Below, in pieces: positions 1 through 12,569 of a stretch of 64,000 nucleotides of DNA (positions within the stretch are counted from its first letter, which is position 1; every line of letters starts with the position of its first letter). The notes under the pieces are model-generated. The model saw nothing but the letters and a program-made list of their open reading frames with translations, made no database searches and was not told the origin of the DNA. The position numbers and the translations under genes are program-made. This DNA is from Hyaloraphidium curvatum SAG 235-1 (taxonomy: Eukaryota; Fungi; Monoblepharomycota): contig JAIVFI010000039.1 in NCBI GenBank assembly GCA_025558095.1, positions 372,001 to 436,000 of the forward strand. Reading direction: 5' to 3'.

Positions 1-288
1 AACGCCGACACAATTCCAGCTTGGATTGGATGGCTCCAGTGGATCAGCATTCTCCGCTACGGCTACACGGCTCTGATGCAGAACGAGTTCTACGGTGCCG
101 TCTTTGAGTGCCCTCCCGCTGGCCCGTGCGCTTTCCCGACCGGGGAGGACGTGATCAACTTCTATGGGCTCTCAAGCCCGAGCATTTGGGCATGCTTCGC
201 CATCCTCTTTGCCATGGCCGTGTTCTTCCTCGGCACCGCTGCTGTCGTGCTCCGAATTACGACCAAGCCGAACTTCAAGCTGCTCTGA
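1..288 (+). CDS. ABCG/White-type ABC transporter, 3' end (partial)
   Basis: Frame 1 from base 1 reads NADTIPAWIGWLQWISILRYGYTALMQNEFYG..C...C...G..V...., then a final TM helix. This is the typical C-terminus of the ABC-2 membrane domain. Stop TGA at 286-288. Confidence 0.85.
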   Translation, partial: NADTIPAWIGWLQWISILRYGYTALMQNEFYGAVFECPPAGPCAFPTGEDVINFYGLSSPSIWACFAILFAMAVFFLGTAAVVLRITTKPNFKLL

Positions 289-591
289 TAGATCGATTCT
301 GATTTGTGATTTCATCATCGTTCAAAAGACTATCCACTTTGCATTCCGCCCATCGCACTTCAAAGCACAACATTCCATCACCTCGAGTAAGCCTGTCGTG
401 AGCGCTCAGCACGGTGCCAGTCGGGAGGTGACGATAATAATCGGCGGGGTCGGAGTGGTCTCTCGATCCCTTCACCTCATCGCATTGCGTGCTCACCAAC
501 GCAACACGCTTTGCGCGCTTGAAGCTCACTGTTGTCCTCTGGAAGCTCACGGCTGTGCTTTCGGAAGCGCACGGCCGTGCCTCGGAACGCG

Positions 592-1984
592 ATGGCCCGG
601 CCGTACGACGTCGTCGTCCTCGGGGCAACCGGCTTTACCGGCTGCTACGTTGCCGAGTACCTCGCCGAACGTTACGCGCCCGAGATTGCTTCCGGGACTC
701 TGAAGGTCGGGCTTGCCGGCCGTTCCGAGGAGAAGCTGCGCGCCGTGGTCAAGGACTGCCTCGCCGTGGCCAACGGGAAGCTCAACGAGTCCCATTTCGG
801 GATCATCAAGTACGACGCCGGGGATCAGACGTCCGTCGACGGCGTCGTAGGCAGCACGAGGGTCGCCATCGCTTGCGCCGGCCCGTATGCTCGGGTAGGA
901 GGAGTGGCAGCCGCTTTTCGAGCCGAGCTCATGGCCCGCTAGCTGGGCACCGCGGTCGTCAAAGCTTGCGTCGAAAAAAGAACCCACTACTGCGATATAA
1001 CGGGAGAAGCGCACTGGGTCAAGTCCATGATGGACCAGTTCGGCGAAAAGGCGGCCGCGGACGGCACCTTCATCATCTCGTTCTGCGGATTCGACTCCAT
1101 TCCCTCCGACACGATGGCCTTTGTGCTCGCCGACTTTGTCAAGAAGCAGTATGGGGAAGAGACCAAGTCCATCAAGGTGACCATCTCAAAGAGTGAGTCG
1201 CCGGCAAGGTCGATCTTGTGGAACGAGATTGAAATTATCCGCAGACAAGGGCGGCGTGAGCGGCGGAACCCTGGCCTCCGTGCGCGAGATGCTGGACGGT
1301 GGATCCGGGAAAGCTCTCGATTCGAGGAACCTTTACGCCCTGAACCCGCCCAACCTCCAATCCGGACCGGATAAGCCGCGCTTTCCGTTCTACTACGACA
1401 AGGACTTCCGATCGTTCCAGGGCTTCTGGATCATGGAGGGCGTCAACGGTCTCGTTGTCCGGCGGACGCAAGCCCTCCTTCGCTATCCGTTTGGGAACTT
1501 CTCGTACTCGGAGACCCTCTCCTACAAGTCTCGGTTGTCCCTCATCGCCAGCACGGCGGCACTTGTGACCTTCGGCATCTTCCTCTTCCTTCGGCCCACT
1601 CGCTGGTTTCTTTATCGGTTCATCCTGCCGGCGCCCGGGCAGGGAACGGTCAGCAAGGAAGAGCGGCGAACGAACTTCATCGAGCTCAAGGGGATCGCCG
1701 AATCCGTGTCGGGGAAGCACGCGTTCGCCCGATTCTATGGGCCTGGGGACCCTGGCTATGCAGAGACTGCGAAGTGGGTGCTTTCGATCTAATGCTCGCG
1801 AGTCAACCAACCGGATTGGCATTGCAGGTACGTCGCCGAAGCTGGACTTTGCCTCGCTTTGCAAAAGGACCAACTGCCGGGCAAGGGCGGTGTCATCACG
1901 CCCATCGCCGCGTTCGGACAGGTCCTTGTCGATCGGCTGCGTAAGGCGGGGACCATCATCGAGGTCGGCGACAAGGAGATCTAG
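592..1984 (+). CDS. Saccharopine dehydrogenase-like oxidoreductase (SCCPDH/trans-acting enoyl reductase family), about 3 introns
   Basis: Motifs YDVVVLGATGFTG, LAGRSEEKL, CAGPY, HYCDITGE, CGFDSIPSD, SGGT, DPGYAETAK and GGVITP. Joined via GT..AG introns near 895-942, 1193-1244 and 1774-1828. Confidence 0.9.
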
Positions 1985-2234
1985 AATGTGTTCGGAGGCG
2001 CACGACTGCGCGACGCGGGAATCACAGCTCGAAGTTAGCGACAAGGCGATCTAAAAGTGTAGTGAAACGGAGTTTGAAATGATTCATTTGCCCTTTGAGT
2101 CATTCGGCCGGATAGGCTTTGCGAGTGGGAGTGGTGGCTCGGGCATCAGGGGCAAGGCATCCAGTCGGCGTCTCCCACGCCCAAAGCCCCCTTGGACGGC
2201 CGTGCGCGCCCGCTGTTACCCGCGCGACGCGACA

Positions 2235-4839
2235 ATGTCGCTCTTCGCCGCGTCCGAGGGCACCAAGCTGCAGGTGGCGGTCAAGATACGGCCGCCGCCG
2301 ACGCTCCGGCCCGAGATAGAGGTCCACGCCAAGACCGCGCCCATTACGCGCAAGGGCTCGTCGACCGAGGGCCTCCGCTACGTTACTCCGGAGACGCACC
2401 CCGCCGACCCCTTCACCACGCCGGAGGATGACCACAAGAAGGACATGGAGACGTTCCACCTGTCGCCCCCGCCGCAGTACCCCGCCGGCGTGGAGCCCCG
2501 CAAGCTGGACGTCATCTTCATCGGCGCCGGGCTCAGCGGGATGCTCTTTGGCGTTGGTGGAGGCCGAAGGCAAACGGGGGAAAGATGTTCACCACCCCGC
2601 GCCCACGACCTCAGATGCAGAGCATGTGGAGGCTCAAGAACGTCAACCTCCGGATCTTCGGTGCGTGCTTTCGTGTCTTTTAATCGTTCTTTACTCACGT
2701 CCGCGTTCGGCAACCCAGAGATGAACGCCATGCCCGCGGGGACGTGGGCGAACAACCGTTATCCCGTGAGCACAGCGCAGCAGCCTTCGGGGCAAACGGC
2801 TCACCCTCGTTCCGACAGGGTTGCCGTTGCGACGTCCAGTCTTTCATTTACTCTCTTCGGCACGAGCCTTGGGACTGGACGGAGGGTGGGTCCTGCAGGA
2901 AGTCACTCTCTCACCGCGTGCCTGACCAACCTCTCCTCGCCAAGGTTACGGGCAGTGGGACGAGATCTACGCCTGTAGGGCGAGTTCCCGCGTTAAAGAG
3001 CCACCGCATCTCACCGTTTGCGCCGTTCCAGACATGACCTACCTGTTCGATAAGTACCAGCTCGGCCGGTTCACGACGCTCGAGACTGCGGTTGTGGGTT
3101 GCAAGTGGAACGAGGCGACCGGCAAGTGGGCAGTGACGACCGAGCACGTGCGGACGAAGGAAAGGGCGGAGCACACATGCGACGTGCTTATCAACGGCCA
3201 GGGCACGCTCAAGTGAGTACACCGGAACTCAGCCCTGTCATTTGCTGATCCCGTCCATCGCAGCCGCGCCAAGATGCCCGACATCCCCGGTCTCAACAAC
3301 TTCAAAGGATCCGTCGTCCACACCTCCAACTGGGATCCCCCGAAGGACGATCCCCGTCCGGACTACAGAGTTGCGGTAATCGGTAACGGGTCTACTGGCT
3401 TGCAAGTCTTCGGTGCCCTCGCGCCCAAGGTCAAGGAAATCTACCACTTTGCGCGGACTCCGACCTTCATCCGCCCGTTCCTCGACGAGCTGGATCTGCC
3501 GCCGGAGAGGCGGGACCACTGGCGCCGCGTCGGGTCCGAGAACGCGGGTCGGGCATGGCGCGAGCACGCTCGGAGCGTCTGGCGCGACCGCGAAAAGTTC
3601 TGGGGCATGGTAAGGTCATATCGTAGCCCGACGTGCTTGAGTTCTCAATCTCTTGTCAAGTTCACGTCTCGCACGCACAAGCTCAACAAGCTCGTGGTGT
3701 CCCGCGCCTTGGAGTACATGGAGACCCAGGTTAGTCATGGCGTAGGCAAGCCGTGTCGCAATCTGAGCCTCTGCAGATCAAGGATCCCGAGCTGAGGCGG
3801 AAGCTGACCCCGACTTTCAGCTACGGCTGCCGACGCCCCATCTTCAGCATGGACTGTTCGTGTTTCCCAGGTTCCCTCCAATATTCGATGCTGACGCCTT
3901 CTGCCGTTGCACAGACTACTCGGTCATCACGCTTCCTCACGCGCACCTCGTCGATGATGCCATTGTCCGTGCTACGGCGGACTCGCTGGTCACGGTGGAT
4001 GCCAATGGAAAGGAGACCGCACACGGCCCCCTGGACCAGATCATCTGCGCCACTGGCTTCTCCGTCAACTGGGTCAACAAGTACTGCCCGATTGTTGGGC
4101 GCGGTGGACGGACCCTGGCCGAGGTCTGGGCGGACAAGCCGGAAGGCTACCGCTCGGTCATGGTGCACGGGTTCCCGAACGTGAGTCGGTTGCCCAAGGT
4201 CATCGTCCCAAGCTGACATACGCGCCGCAGTACATGATGGTCGGCGGACCGAACATGCCTCTGACCCACAACAGCCTGTACATCGTCATCGAGCAGGTCG
4301 TCAACTGGATCAACCAGTTCATCGTCACGCTGCAGACGAACCCCTCCATCAGGAGCATCGACGTCAAGAAGTCGGCCCAGGACGCCTTCAACGCGGACTC
4401 GCAGGACTGGCTCATCCACAACTCGATCTGGAACGAGGTATGCCTATTGCTGCGTTCTCGTAAGCGGCAATTGACGCGTTGTTGCCTTGCAGGACTGTGG
4501 TGGATGGTACAAGTTGCGGAACGGCTATATTGCCCAATGGTGAGGCCCAAAGCGTGGCTCAAGTCCGTACCTTCGATCTCATCCTGGATTTCAGGGCCGG
4601 ACCTGGGCTTCACTTCATGGATTCCCTGTACGCCCCGAACTGGGATCACTTCGACATCGACATGCGCCCTATTGCAGGCAGCTTGGCCGTGAGTTCGTTT
4701 GACATTGTGCAGTTGATTGTTTGTCTCAACTCTTGCGCAGCTCGACACCAACTGGTCGTACCCGCCATTGGACAGCCGGCCTGGGAAGAAGACCGCGCGC
4801 AAGCTGGAAGGTTCGCAGCTGCCTGCCACCAAGTTGTGA
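2235..4839 (+). CDS. Baeyer-Villiger/flavin-containing monooxygenase, multi-exon
   Basis: Motifs IGAGLSG, GTWANNRYPGCRCDV, BVMO fingerprint FKGSVVHTSNWD, VIGNGSTG, GCRRP, CATGF and GFPN. Many short introns. Last exon 4741-4839 ends ...LPATKL*. Confidence 0.9.
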
Positions 4840-4886
4840 GGTCGTGCTTCCTTCAAAAAGTGTAAGATTGGTTTTGGAACAAAGTG

Positions 4887-5836
4887 TTACATTCGGTGCC
4901 GTGGACCCTCCTCCCAAAGCTCGAAGCAGTCGCCTGTCGTCCCCTGGACAAGCACATCGCAGTCCTGGACCAGACATGTGGAGCCCTTGCGCAGCTCGAC
5001 CGTATCAGCGCCAACGCGCAGCGTCGAGCTGCCGCTGAGCTGCAGGAAGAGCCGCAAAGGCGAAGGCAGGCGGCGCGCCGAGCCCGTCTTCCCTCCCGCA
5101 GATCGAAAGACGTGTGCCGAGCAGCGACCGTTCGTCGCTCTCGCGATGCCCAGGTCACGGTCTGACGACAGAGTGAGAAACGACCTTCGCAATCTCGAAG
5201 AAGACCTACAGAGCAGATCGCCGCCGTCGCTCCGTCGCACAAAGTCGGATCCGTCCTGGGCCGGATGAGAGATGTTGAAGCGGTCTTTGCTCTTCGGAGT
5301 CACGGGTCCGCCGTCAGCGGTCGCGGTTGCGAGCATGGAGGATGAAGAGAGGTCGCTTGTCCCGAACGTGCCCTACAGAAGTGGTAAGGACAGTGGCTCT
5401 GACCGAGTCCAACGGGAACCATGCTAACCGGACTGACGACCTCGAGCAGCACCATCGAATCCCCGCAGCCCTGCTCCTCGTGCCAAACCCCAGGATTCTG
5501 ATATCCGGCTGACCCCGCGCGGTAGTGAACGACCTCGGGCACGCCCTTGTAGGCGAACGAGATTGTGTCGCGGAGGCCAAGGACGAGCTGGAAATCGAGA
5601 CCACTGTGGAAGTGGGGCCCGGTCGTTCCGTGCGCGTCCGGGATCTTGCGGATCAGGTGCGCGCCCCATCGCCCCGCGGTGGCTTCGGCGACCCCGATGT
5701 CCCGGTATTCAAAGAACGCGCGGAGGCCGCGGGGGCGGAAGTCCAGCGAGGAGCCCCATTCTTCGTCCGCGTCGCCGTTGGGCCGCACGTGCGAGACGAC
5801 GTAGCGGGGACGCGAAGGCGCGGCTTCCGTCGCCAT
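4887..5836 (-). CDS. Bicupin: two tandem bacterial-type cupin domains, the second degenerate
   Basis: Domain 1 reads GLRAFFEYRDIGVAEATAGRWGAHLIR...PHFH..DFQ...GVWHEE...LLEVVSP. After an intron (about 5373-5428) and a second in-frame intron, domain 2 reads LYRDLGIARATNGRCSAHVFR. Confidence 0.75.
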
Positions 5837-5979
5837 GCGATTCGGGGTGGGACGTGGGAGACACGGAGGGAGGAGGTGGCGCCGCAGTGGGGCGGCGTGA
5901 ACCATCAACTCGCCGCATCGTCAAATGTCGACGCATTCCTGGCAATTAATCGATTCTAGCGAGACCATACAAATAGAAT

Positions 5980-7386
5980 CTACTCGACGTTGGCGAGCTT
6001 GAGCTTGAACAGGTCCTTCTCCACGACGTCCTTGGCGTGGTGAAGCAGCCAGTCCACGGGGTCGTTGGCGCTGAGGTAGCGTCCCCTGCGGAAGGAATCA
6101 GCTTCCCGAAACGGATCGCAGGCCCGGGAGCGGCCCACTTGAACGGCTCGGCGGCGGGCGTCGAGCACCACAGCGCAAAGGCCCCCGCGAGCTCCTGCTT
6201 GTCGGTGAGGAAGGGCTTGAGGATCTGCCAGCCTGCGGGCAACGGCGGGTTGAGGATCGTCGGCATTGCTGCTCCGCGGGAGCGTACCCTTCTGCCCGCG
6301 AACGTTGTCCTCGGAGCGGAAGGGGTCCTGCATCGGGGTCCTGGCGGGCGGGAGGGTGAGAAAGGCGACAACGCGACCGACGGGGCCGCGATGGCTCACT
6401 CTGCGGCGCAGGGGTGGATGGCAATGCAGACGATTCCCTGGGGTCCGATCTCGGCCTGTTCGACGATCGGAGATTGGTCAACGAGATCCTGCGCCGCCTC
6501 TCGCCCCAGCCCACGTCGATGAACTCGGTCAGCCGGATCATGGCCGTCTTGGACACGCCGTACGACGACGCGGTCGGTACGACGGCTACTCCCGCGAGGG
6601 AGGCGATGTTGACGATCGTCCCCCTCGTCCCCGTCGGCGAGGGCTCGTTCTTGAGCATGTGCGGGATGGCCAGCCGGCACATGAAGAAGGTGCCCTTCTG
6701 GTTGACCTCGTGCGTGGCCCACCACTCCTCGGGGTCGCTCTCGAGGAGGTCGACCCAGAGCTCGGAGATGCCGGCGTTCTGGAGGGATCGGACCCGTCAG
6801 GGCCGGGCGGGCCGCGGGAAGCTTCCTTTCGGGGGCAACCAACGTTGACGAGGACGTCGATCCTGCCGGCCTCGGCCACAACCTGCTCGATGGCCTTCTT
6901 GCAGCTGTCGAGGCTGGACACGTCAAGGGCGAGCTGGTGATCGTTGAAGGTGGACGGGCCAACGGTCAGCCAATTCCCGGCGGCCCGCACGCCCAACCAT
7001 GCCGCCGATCACCAACCGTGATGACCTTGGTGTTGGGGTTCGCGGCGGCCACCTTTGCCGCGGTCTCCTTGAGCCCAGAGACGGTCCTGGCCCCCATCGC
7101 GACCACCTCGGCGCCCGCGGCCGCGAATGCCTGCGGATCCGGGATCCCGTCGGCATCTTCCGGCGGTACGTGGCGCAAAGGCGATCCCCACGACACACAT
7201 GTGCGGCCCGAGGCCCCGAGACGCTCCCGTGATCAGCACCACCCTGCCCTTGGCGGCGTCCTTGAGCCCCTTGGTGGGGTCGATTCTAGTCGTGAAGCGC
7301 GTGAGCAGTCCTCCCGCTGGAGCTCCGGCCGGAGGCGACGTACGCGTCGTAGCTGGGGGTGGTTCAGAGGGATCAGTGGGAGGCAT
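5980..7386 (-). CDS. Short-chain dehydrogenase/reductase, multi-exon
   Basis: Motifs VVLITGASRGLG, RIDVLVN/NAG, IVNIASLAG, catalytic YGVSK and IAIHP. Ends GRYLSANDPVDWL...LKLANVE*. Confidence 0.9.
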
Positions 7387-7942
7387 CGGAGAACAAGGCG
7401 TGGGACCAACACATCGCCCTGGTACACGCGCTCCGGTGCCGCGGGCATCTCGTACGGTTTCGGCGGTTGTTTGGCGGGGGGAGGGAGGACCGCGGCGGCT
7501 CGTCGGGGCGGGGAGGTTTTGTTGGACGGCGGGCCGACTCGCGACGCGGCGGGGCGGCCGACCGCCTTTGGCGCCGGCGCGGAATCCGTCGCCAGTTGCC
7601 ACACCCGTGCGCGGCCCCTGGGCGCGCCGAATTTGTAGCGCCGGACATCGAGACGCGTCTCGGACGCGCGATGCGGCCGGCGCGTAGCGATTCGCTCGAG
7701 TCGAACCCCTGCGATCCCCGGACGGGAGACACGGCACTTCCTGCACCTTCTGCCGTTCTCCGTCTCTTCTTCTTCGTTTCCTCTTCTTTATATTCTCCCC
7801 CTGTAATTCTGACATGAATGAATCTTCTGGCAGGATCGATTTCCACTTCCTGCGCTCCCAGGCACGAAACACAACTCCAATCTGCCTTGCTTCCAAAGCC
7901 ACGAAGCAATCCAACTCGGCAACGGCCACCGGCACAGGCGTC

Positions 7943-8805
7943 CTAGCAGCCCCTCGCGTTCAAGTAGTACAGGATGGGCGCGTCCGTTTGCTGCGTCCAG
8001 AAGGGGTTGGACCCCGAGGCGACGTACATGAGGGTTGAAGCGAACACGGCCCCGTAGCCGAACGACGCCGTACCCGTCTTCCTGCTCGATGCCATCAGCT
8101 GGAACCCCGCGGGTGTGGTCCCCTCCACGACGAGCCAGTACGCGGTCGAAGGGTCGAGCGCGGCGTTGCCGGGCGGGAGCTCGCGCTCGTCCCAGTCGCC
8201 CTGGCCGTCGGGCACCGCGGCTCCCGCCGAGGCGTAGATCTGCGCTCCGGGGGCGTCGGCGCCGGCGTCGTGCGCGTGGATCCGCGCGCGGACCGCGGAG
8301 TCGCCCGCGCCGGTGGAGGTGACCCTGACGTAGATCGCGACCGAGGCTAGGGCAAGCCGGCCCGAGGCGGGGGTGGAGAAGCGCACGGCGCGGAGGTTGG
8401 AGTTGGTGGTGATGTCCAAGGGGAATTCGTAGGTGCCGCCGAAGGGGCTGCCGCTGACCGCGATCACGAGCTCCTGGTTCAGGCCGGGGGTGCAGGGGCC
8501 GGCGGGGCCGTACCTTTGGGGGGATTGGAATCTGTGTTAGAGTGTGCGGGGAAGGAAGGGGATCGGGCGGTGGTCACCCACTGCCTGTACAGGAGGCGGT
8601 GCCCCTTGTCGGCGCCGTAATCGACGCACGCGACCGAGCCGGTCGGAGCGCCCTCGTGGCCGAACTCGCAGTAGGAATCCGCGGGACAGCCGCCGCACGA
8701 ATCCGCGAAGGAGACGGACGGGGCCGTGCGCGCCTGGAGGGGCGCGCCGAGCACGGGGCTGGAGCAAAGGAGGGCGGCGAGGAGCCAGACGATGGCGCGG
8801 GGCAT
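7943..8805 (-). CDS. Secreted protein: signal peptide, small Cys-rich module and beta-sandwich domain (1 intron)
   Basis: Signal peptide MPRAIVWLLAALLCSSPVLG, pro-site LQAR, then CGGCPADSYC..C. The intron at about 8514-8577 joins it to the frame of ORF 7943-8467 (VRFSTP...LASVAIYVR...PGAQI...LDPSTAYWLVV). Confidence 0.7.
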
Positions 8806-9635
8806 CGCGGTCGCGTTGGCGGCGGCGTGGACGGGCAGAGGTGCGCAGCTGGAAGCGGACAATCTGCGGTGTGTCCTTGGCAGATCCCGCTCCGGCGGCC
8901 TTTGAAGCGCGGACACGGGCTGGTACGCTTCGGTCCGAAAGTTGAGGGATGCACCACCCCGCGTCGCATTTCCGAAGCCTGCAATGTGCAGAGGCACAGC
9001 TCCTCCGGTTGGCAAACAGCGACGAGGCACTGGAACATGTTCTAACCCCGAGCTATTCGCGTCTGCAGCCGGCGCCGTCGCGGGTAACGTTGGGCTGGGC
9101 GGGCTGGTATCGGACGCGGCCATTGCGTTTCGAGGGCCACTTTCCTCCTGGAACGGAGGATGTGAGCCGCGAGCTTCTCCCGCATCGCGTCCGGACGGCG
9201 GGGGATCGCGGAAAGGGCGCGCGAGGCAATGCTATCGGGGTGACGGTCGGTGATCAGAGCCCACGTCAAAAGCGGCGGCGCTCCTTCCGTTGCTGGCTTC
9301 GCCTGCTCTATTCGACGGATGTCAATATCGTTTTAGTTTGCTCTGTTCGATCACAGGCCGTTGCGCGATGGCACGTCCTGCGCTCAGCGGCGCCCCGCGC
9401 ACTCCATCCTATTGCTTCGCGCAACGCCCCCGGCACGCATCCCGCGGAATTTGCCCCTGGAAACCCTCAGATACGATCGGAACTTGATTTTCTCCGCCGT
9501 TAAGCGCCGTCAAGGCCCTCCAGAGAGGTTACTGTAGGCGAACGCAGTGGAGTTTCGACGGGTCCAAACACTTCAACGTCCCCCACACTACGCCGCATCC
9601 CGTCCGGCCCCTTCGCTGCAAGGCCGCCCGCCGCG

Positions 9636-11385
9636 ATGGCGCCCCTCCTCCGCGCCGCGCAGCTCGCCGCGCACATCGCGCCCTCCCCGCCATCGAGCGC
9701 CGCCGACGGGGGCCCCGCGCCGGGGCCGCTCGACGGCCGCGTGGCGGTCGTCGCCGGCGACCCGCTGCCGCCCTTCTCCGCGCGCGCGATCTGCGCCGCC
9801 CTGGCGGGCAAGGGATGCGCCGCCGTCTATTTGCTCGGCGCCCCGCTGCCCGACTCCGCGGACCCCGGCTGCCCCGTCGTCCCCGTCAAAGGCGACCCCG
9901 CGAACCCTGCGGACGTCCGCGCCGCCTGCGACGCCGCGCTCCGCGACCGCGGCCGGCTCGACGCGTACTTCTCCCTCCCCTCCGCCGCCTCCCCGCTCTC
10001 AGGCCCCGAGAACGTGGCGGACCTCGTCCGCGCGGGGCTGGCGCCGCACGTCCTGGCGCTCGCGCACGCGCCGGCGGCGATGCGGGCCACGTCGCCCGGC
10101 AAGCCGCGCGCGGGGGGCGCGGTGGTGTTGCTGGCCGCGCACGGGCACGCGCCGGGATCAGGTGGGCGTTCCGTTGCTCGACCGCTGGGGAGGGCTGATT
10201 CCGATGCCGGCGGGCGAAGCCGCGGCGCACGCGTACGAGGCCGGGATCGCGGTGCTCTGCCGCGCCGCTGCGTGGGGTGTGGGCGGGGCGGGTGTCGGCG
10301 TCGTTTGCGGGGTGCCGACGTATTCCTCGGCCGGCGGAGGTGGGCGGGTCGTGCGGCGGTCGGGCGGGGCTGCGCCTGACGGATCCATCGCTCGCCCAGG
10401 GTCGGATGGGAAGCCGGAGGACGCGGTGCAGGCGCTGGTATCCCTCGCCTGCGATTCCTCGGCGCACCTGGCCGGGCACTCGGTGCCCCTGCCCCCGTCC
10501 TCCCATCCATCCGCCGCTGCGCAGGACGCCTCCGCCTCCCACGACCCCGGCTCCACCTCGCAATCCCCATCCCCCGATCCCGATCAAGCCCCCCCCGACG
10601 CGGCCGGGAACAGTTCCGCGGCCGCCCAAAAGGGCGCCGGCGGCGGCGGAGGCGGCAACTCCCCGCCCTCCTTCCCCGGCGCGTGGGGCTTCGGCTTCGG
10701 CGGCGGCATCCGCGTGCGCTACAACGGGCTGGACGTGGTGCTGGGCGGCGGAGGGGGCGGCGGGGCGAACGGGGGGGGCGGCGGCGGAGGAGGGGGGGAC
10801 GGGGCGGACAAGAGGGAGGGGGAGGGCGAGGGGGGGAGGTACAGCCAGGGCGGGCACGGGATCGACGGGCAGGGCGGGAAGTACGCGGGCGGGCATGGGC
10901 AGCACGGCGGCGGGCATCAGGGGCAGGATGGGGGTGGGAACGAGGATGGAGGAGCTGCGGATGCGGGCGGGGCCAAGGCGGGCAGTGATGGCGAAGAGGG
11001 GAAGGAGGTGGCGATCCGGAAGGACGGCGGGCAGGGGCAGGACGGGGATTGGAAGAAGTACGCCAGCGGAGGGGGCCAGCAAGGCGGACAAGGCGGGCAG
11101 AACGATGATTGGAAGAAGTACGCCAGCGGAGGGGGCCAGCAAGGCGGACAAGGCGGGCAGAACGATGATTGGAAGAAGTACGCCGGCGGAGGGGACCAGC
11201 AAGGCGGACAAGGCGGGCAGAACGATGATTGGAAGAAGTACGCCAACGGTGGCCAAAGTGGAGGCGTGCAGGGCGGACAGAACGAGGACTGGAAGAAGTA
11301 CGCGGGCGGCCGGGGACAGGCGGGGGACAAGCCCTCGGACGGGCAGACCCCTGCCGGCGGCGGTTCCAAACCCGCTGCCGAATGA
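9636..11385 (+). CDS. Degenerate (pseudo-)SDR fused to a Gly/Gln-rich repeat tail
   Basis: LDGRVAVVAG, VKGDPANPADV, GRLDAYF, GGAVVLLA and GKPEDAVQALVSLACDSSAHLAG trace an SDR fold, but TGxxxGxG and YxxxK are absent. The frame continues into a Gly-rich region and DWKKYA repeats. Introns are inferred near 10162 and 10340. Confidence 0.6.
11041..11310 (+). repeat. 60-bp coding tandem repeat, about 4.5-5 copies (NDDWKKYASGGGQQGGQGGQ)
   Basis: The 60-nt lines at 11041, 11101, 11161, 11221 and 11281 are near-identical. Confidence 0.95.
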
Positions 11386-12569
11386 ACATCATCGCTTCCA
11401 GGGATTTCGGAAGCCGCCTTGGCCACCTGCGGCAGCCGGCCACTTCCGGGTCCGGACCGGCCGCCGGGAAATCGGCGTTTCCAGGTCGCGGGCGGTGGCC
11501 AATCCCCACCCCGCCGGTGCCGCTCCGGAAACGCCCGCGTCGGGTCCCGACCGACCTTGCCGGCCGTCCGACGGGTGGCCGCCGCAGGGGGAAGGGCGGC
11601 GGTGTCGGGGGGGAAATGCGGCGAGTCTGGCCGGCTTGCTCGGATGTGGCGGCTGGTGGGTCGGGGCCGCCCGCCCGCTTGCCGCAGGGGGGACGGCGGG
11701 CGGGAAGCCGCGTCGGGCATTGCGGCGTCGCCGTTTCCGCGTCCGTCGAGGCCCGTCGTAGTTTCTGCCTGCCGACGGGAGGAGGCGAGGGGATGGGGGG
11801 CGGGCGGTGCAGGGGTGCACAGCGCTGACCAATCGTCGGGGTTGCGGAGCCCGCCCCGCCTTCCCGGGCGGATTCCCGGCGGTTTTCGGGCGCGGATGGG
11901 CGGATGGGGGCGGTCGGAATCCGTTCGTGTGGTCGGTGGGGGGCGGCGGGGGTCGGGGAGCGGCACGGGGTCTGGGTGGGGCGGCCGATCCGTGGGGGTC
12001 CCGGGGGCGAGAGATCGGCCGGCTCCCTCTCCGCTGGGGGGACGACGGACGCGAATCGACGGCCGGTAAGTCTTCCGCCCGTGTGGATGGAGCGCCGGGT
12101 GCCTTCCGGGACCGGCGCGTGGCGCGAGCGGTGGGATTGCGACGGGCGGTTCAGGTCCCTTCGGGCGGTCGACGGCCCAGGGCAATCTGATTTTGGCGGC
12201 GGGTGCGCGAGGTCCGACTCTGGCCGAGGCGGACGGGCGGAGCACGGGGCGGAAAGTGCTGATAATATAGCCGTGGATTGCTGCGCGGGCGACGGTCGGT
12301 GTTGCGGGGCGCAGGAGGGCGCAAGGGCGCCGCGAGGACTATCGGCGAAAAGGTTCCTGTGGCGAGGGGTGCGGCAGGCCGGGAAGCGCGGCGGCCGACG
12401 GGCGAGGACGGCCGGAGTAACACATACGGAGCGTCTAAGGGGTTTCCAGGCGGTTGCCGGGCGGGCCGGCCCCCTTTGCGGTCCGGTGTGCGCGCGAGTG
12501 AGAGCGGAAACTCTGCGCGGCGGCGGGGCGAGGCTTCACCTATATCCCGCAACCTCGCCGCACCCCGCG

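Noticed and set aside
11041-11310. 60-bp periodic repeats as a CRISPR array
   Set aside because: There are no unique spacers. The units are in-frame coding repeats in a eukaryotic gene, and no cas genes are present.
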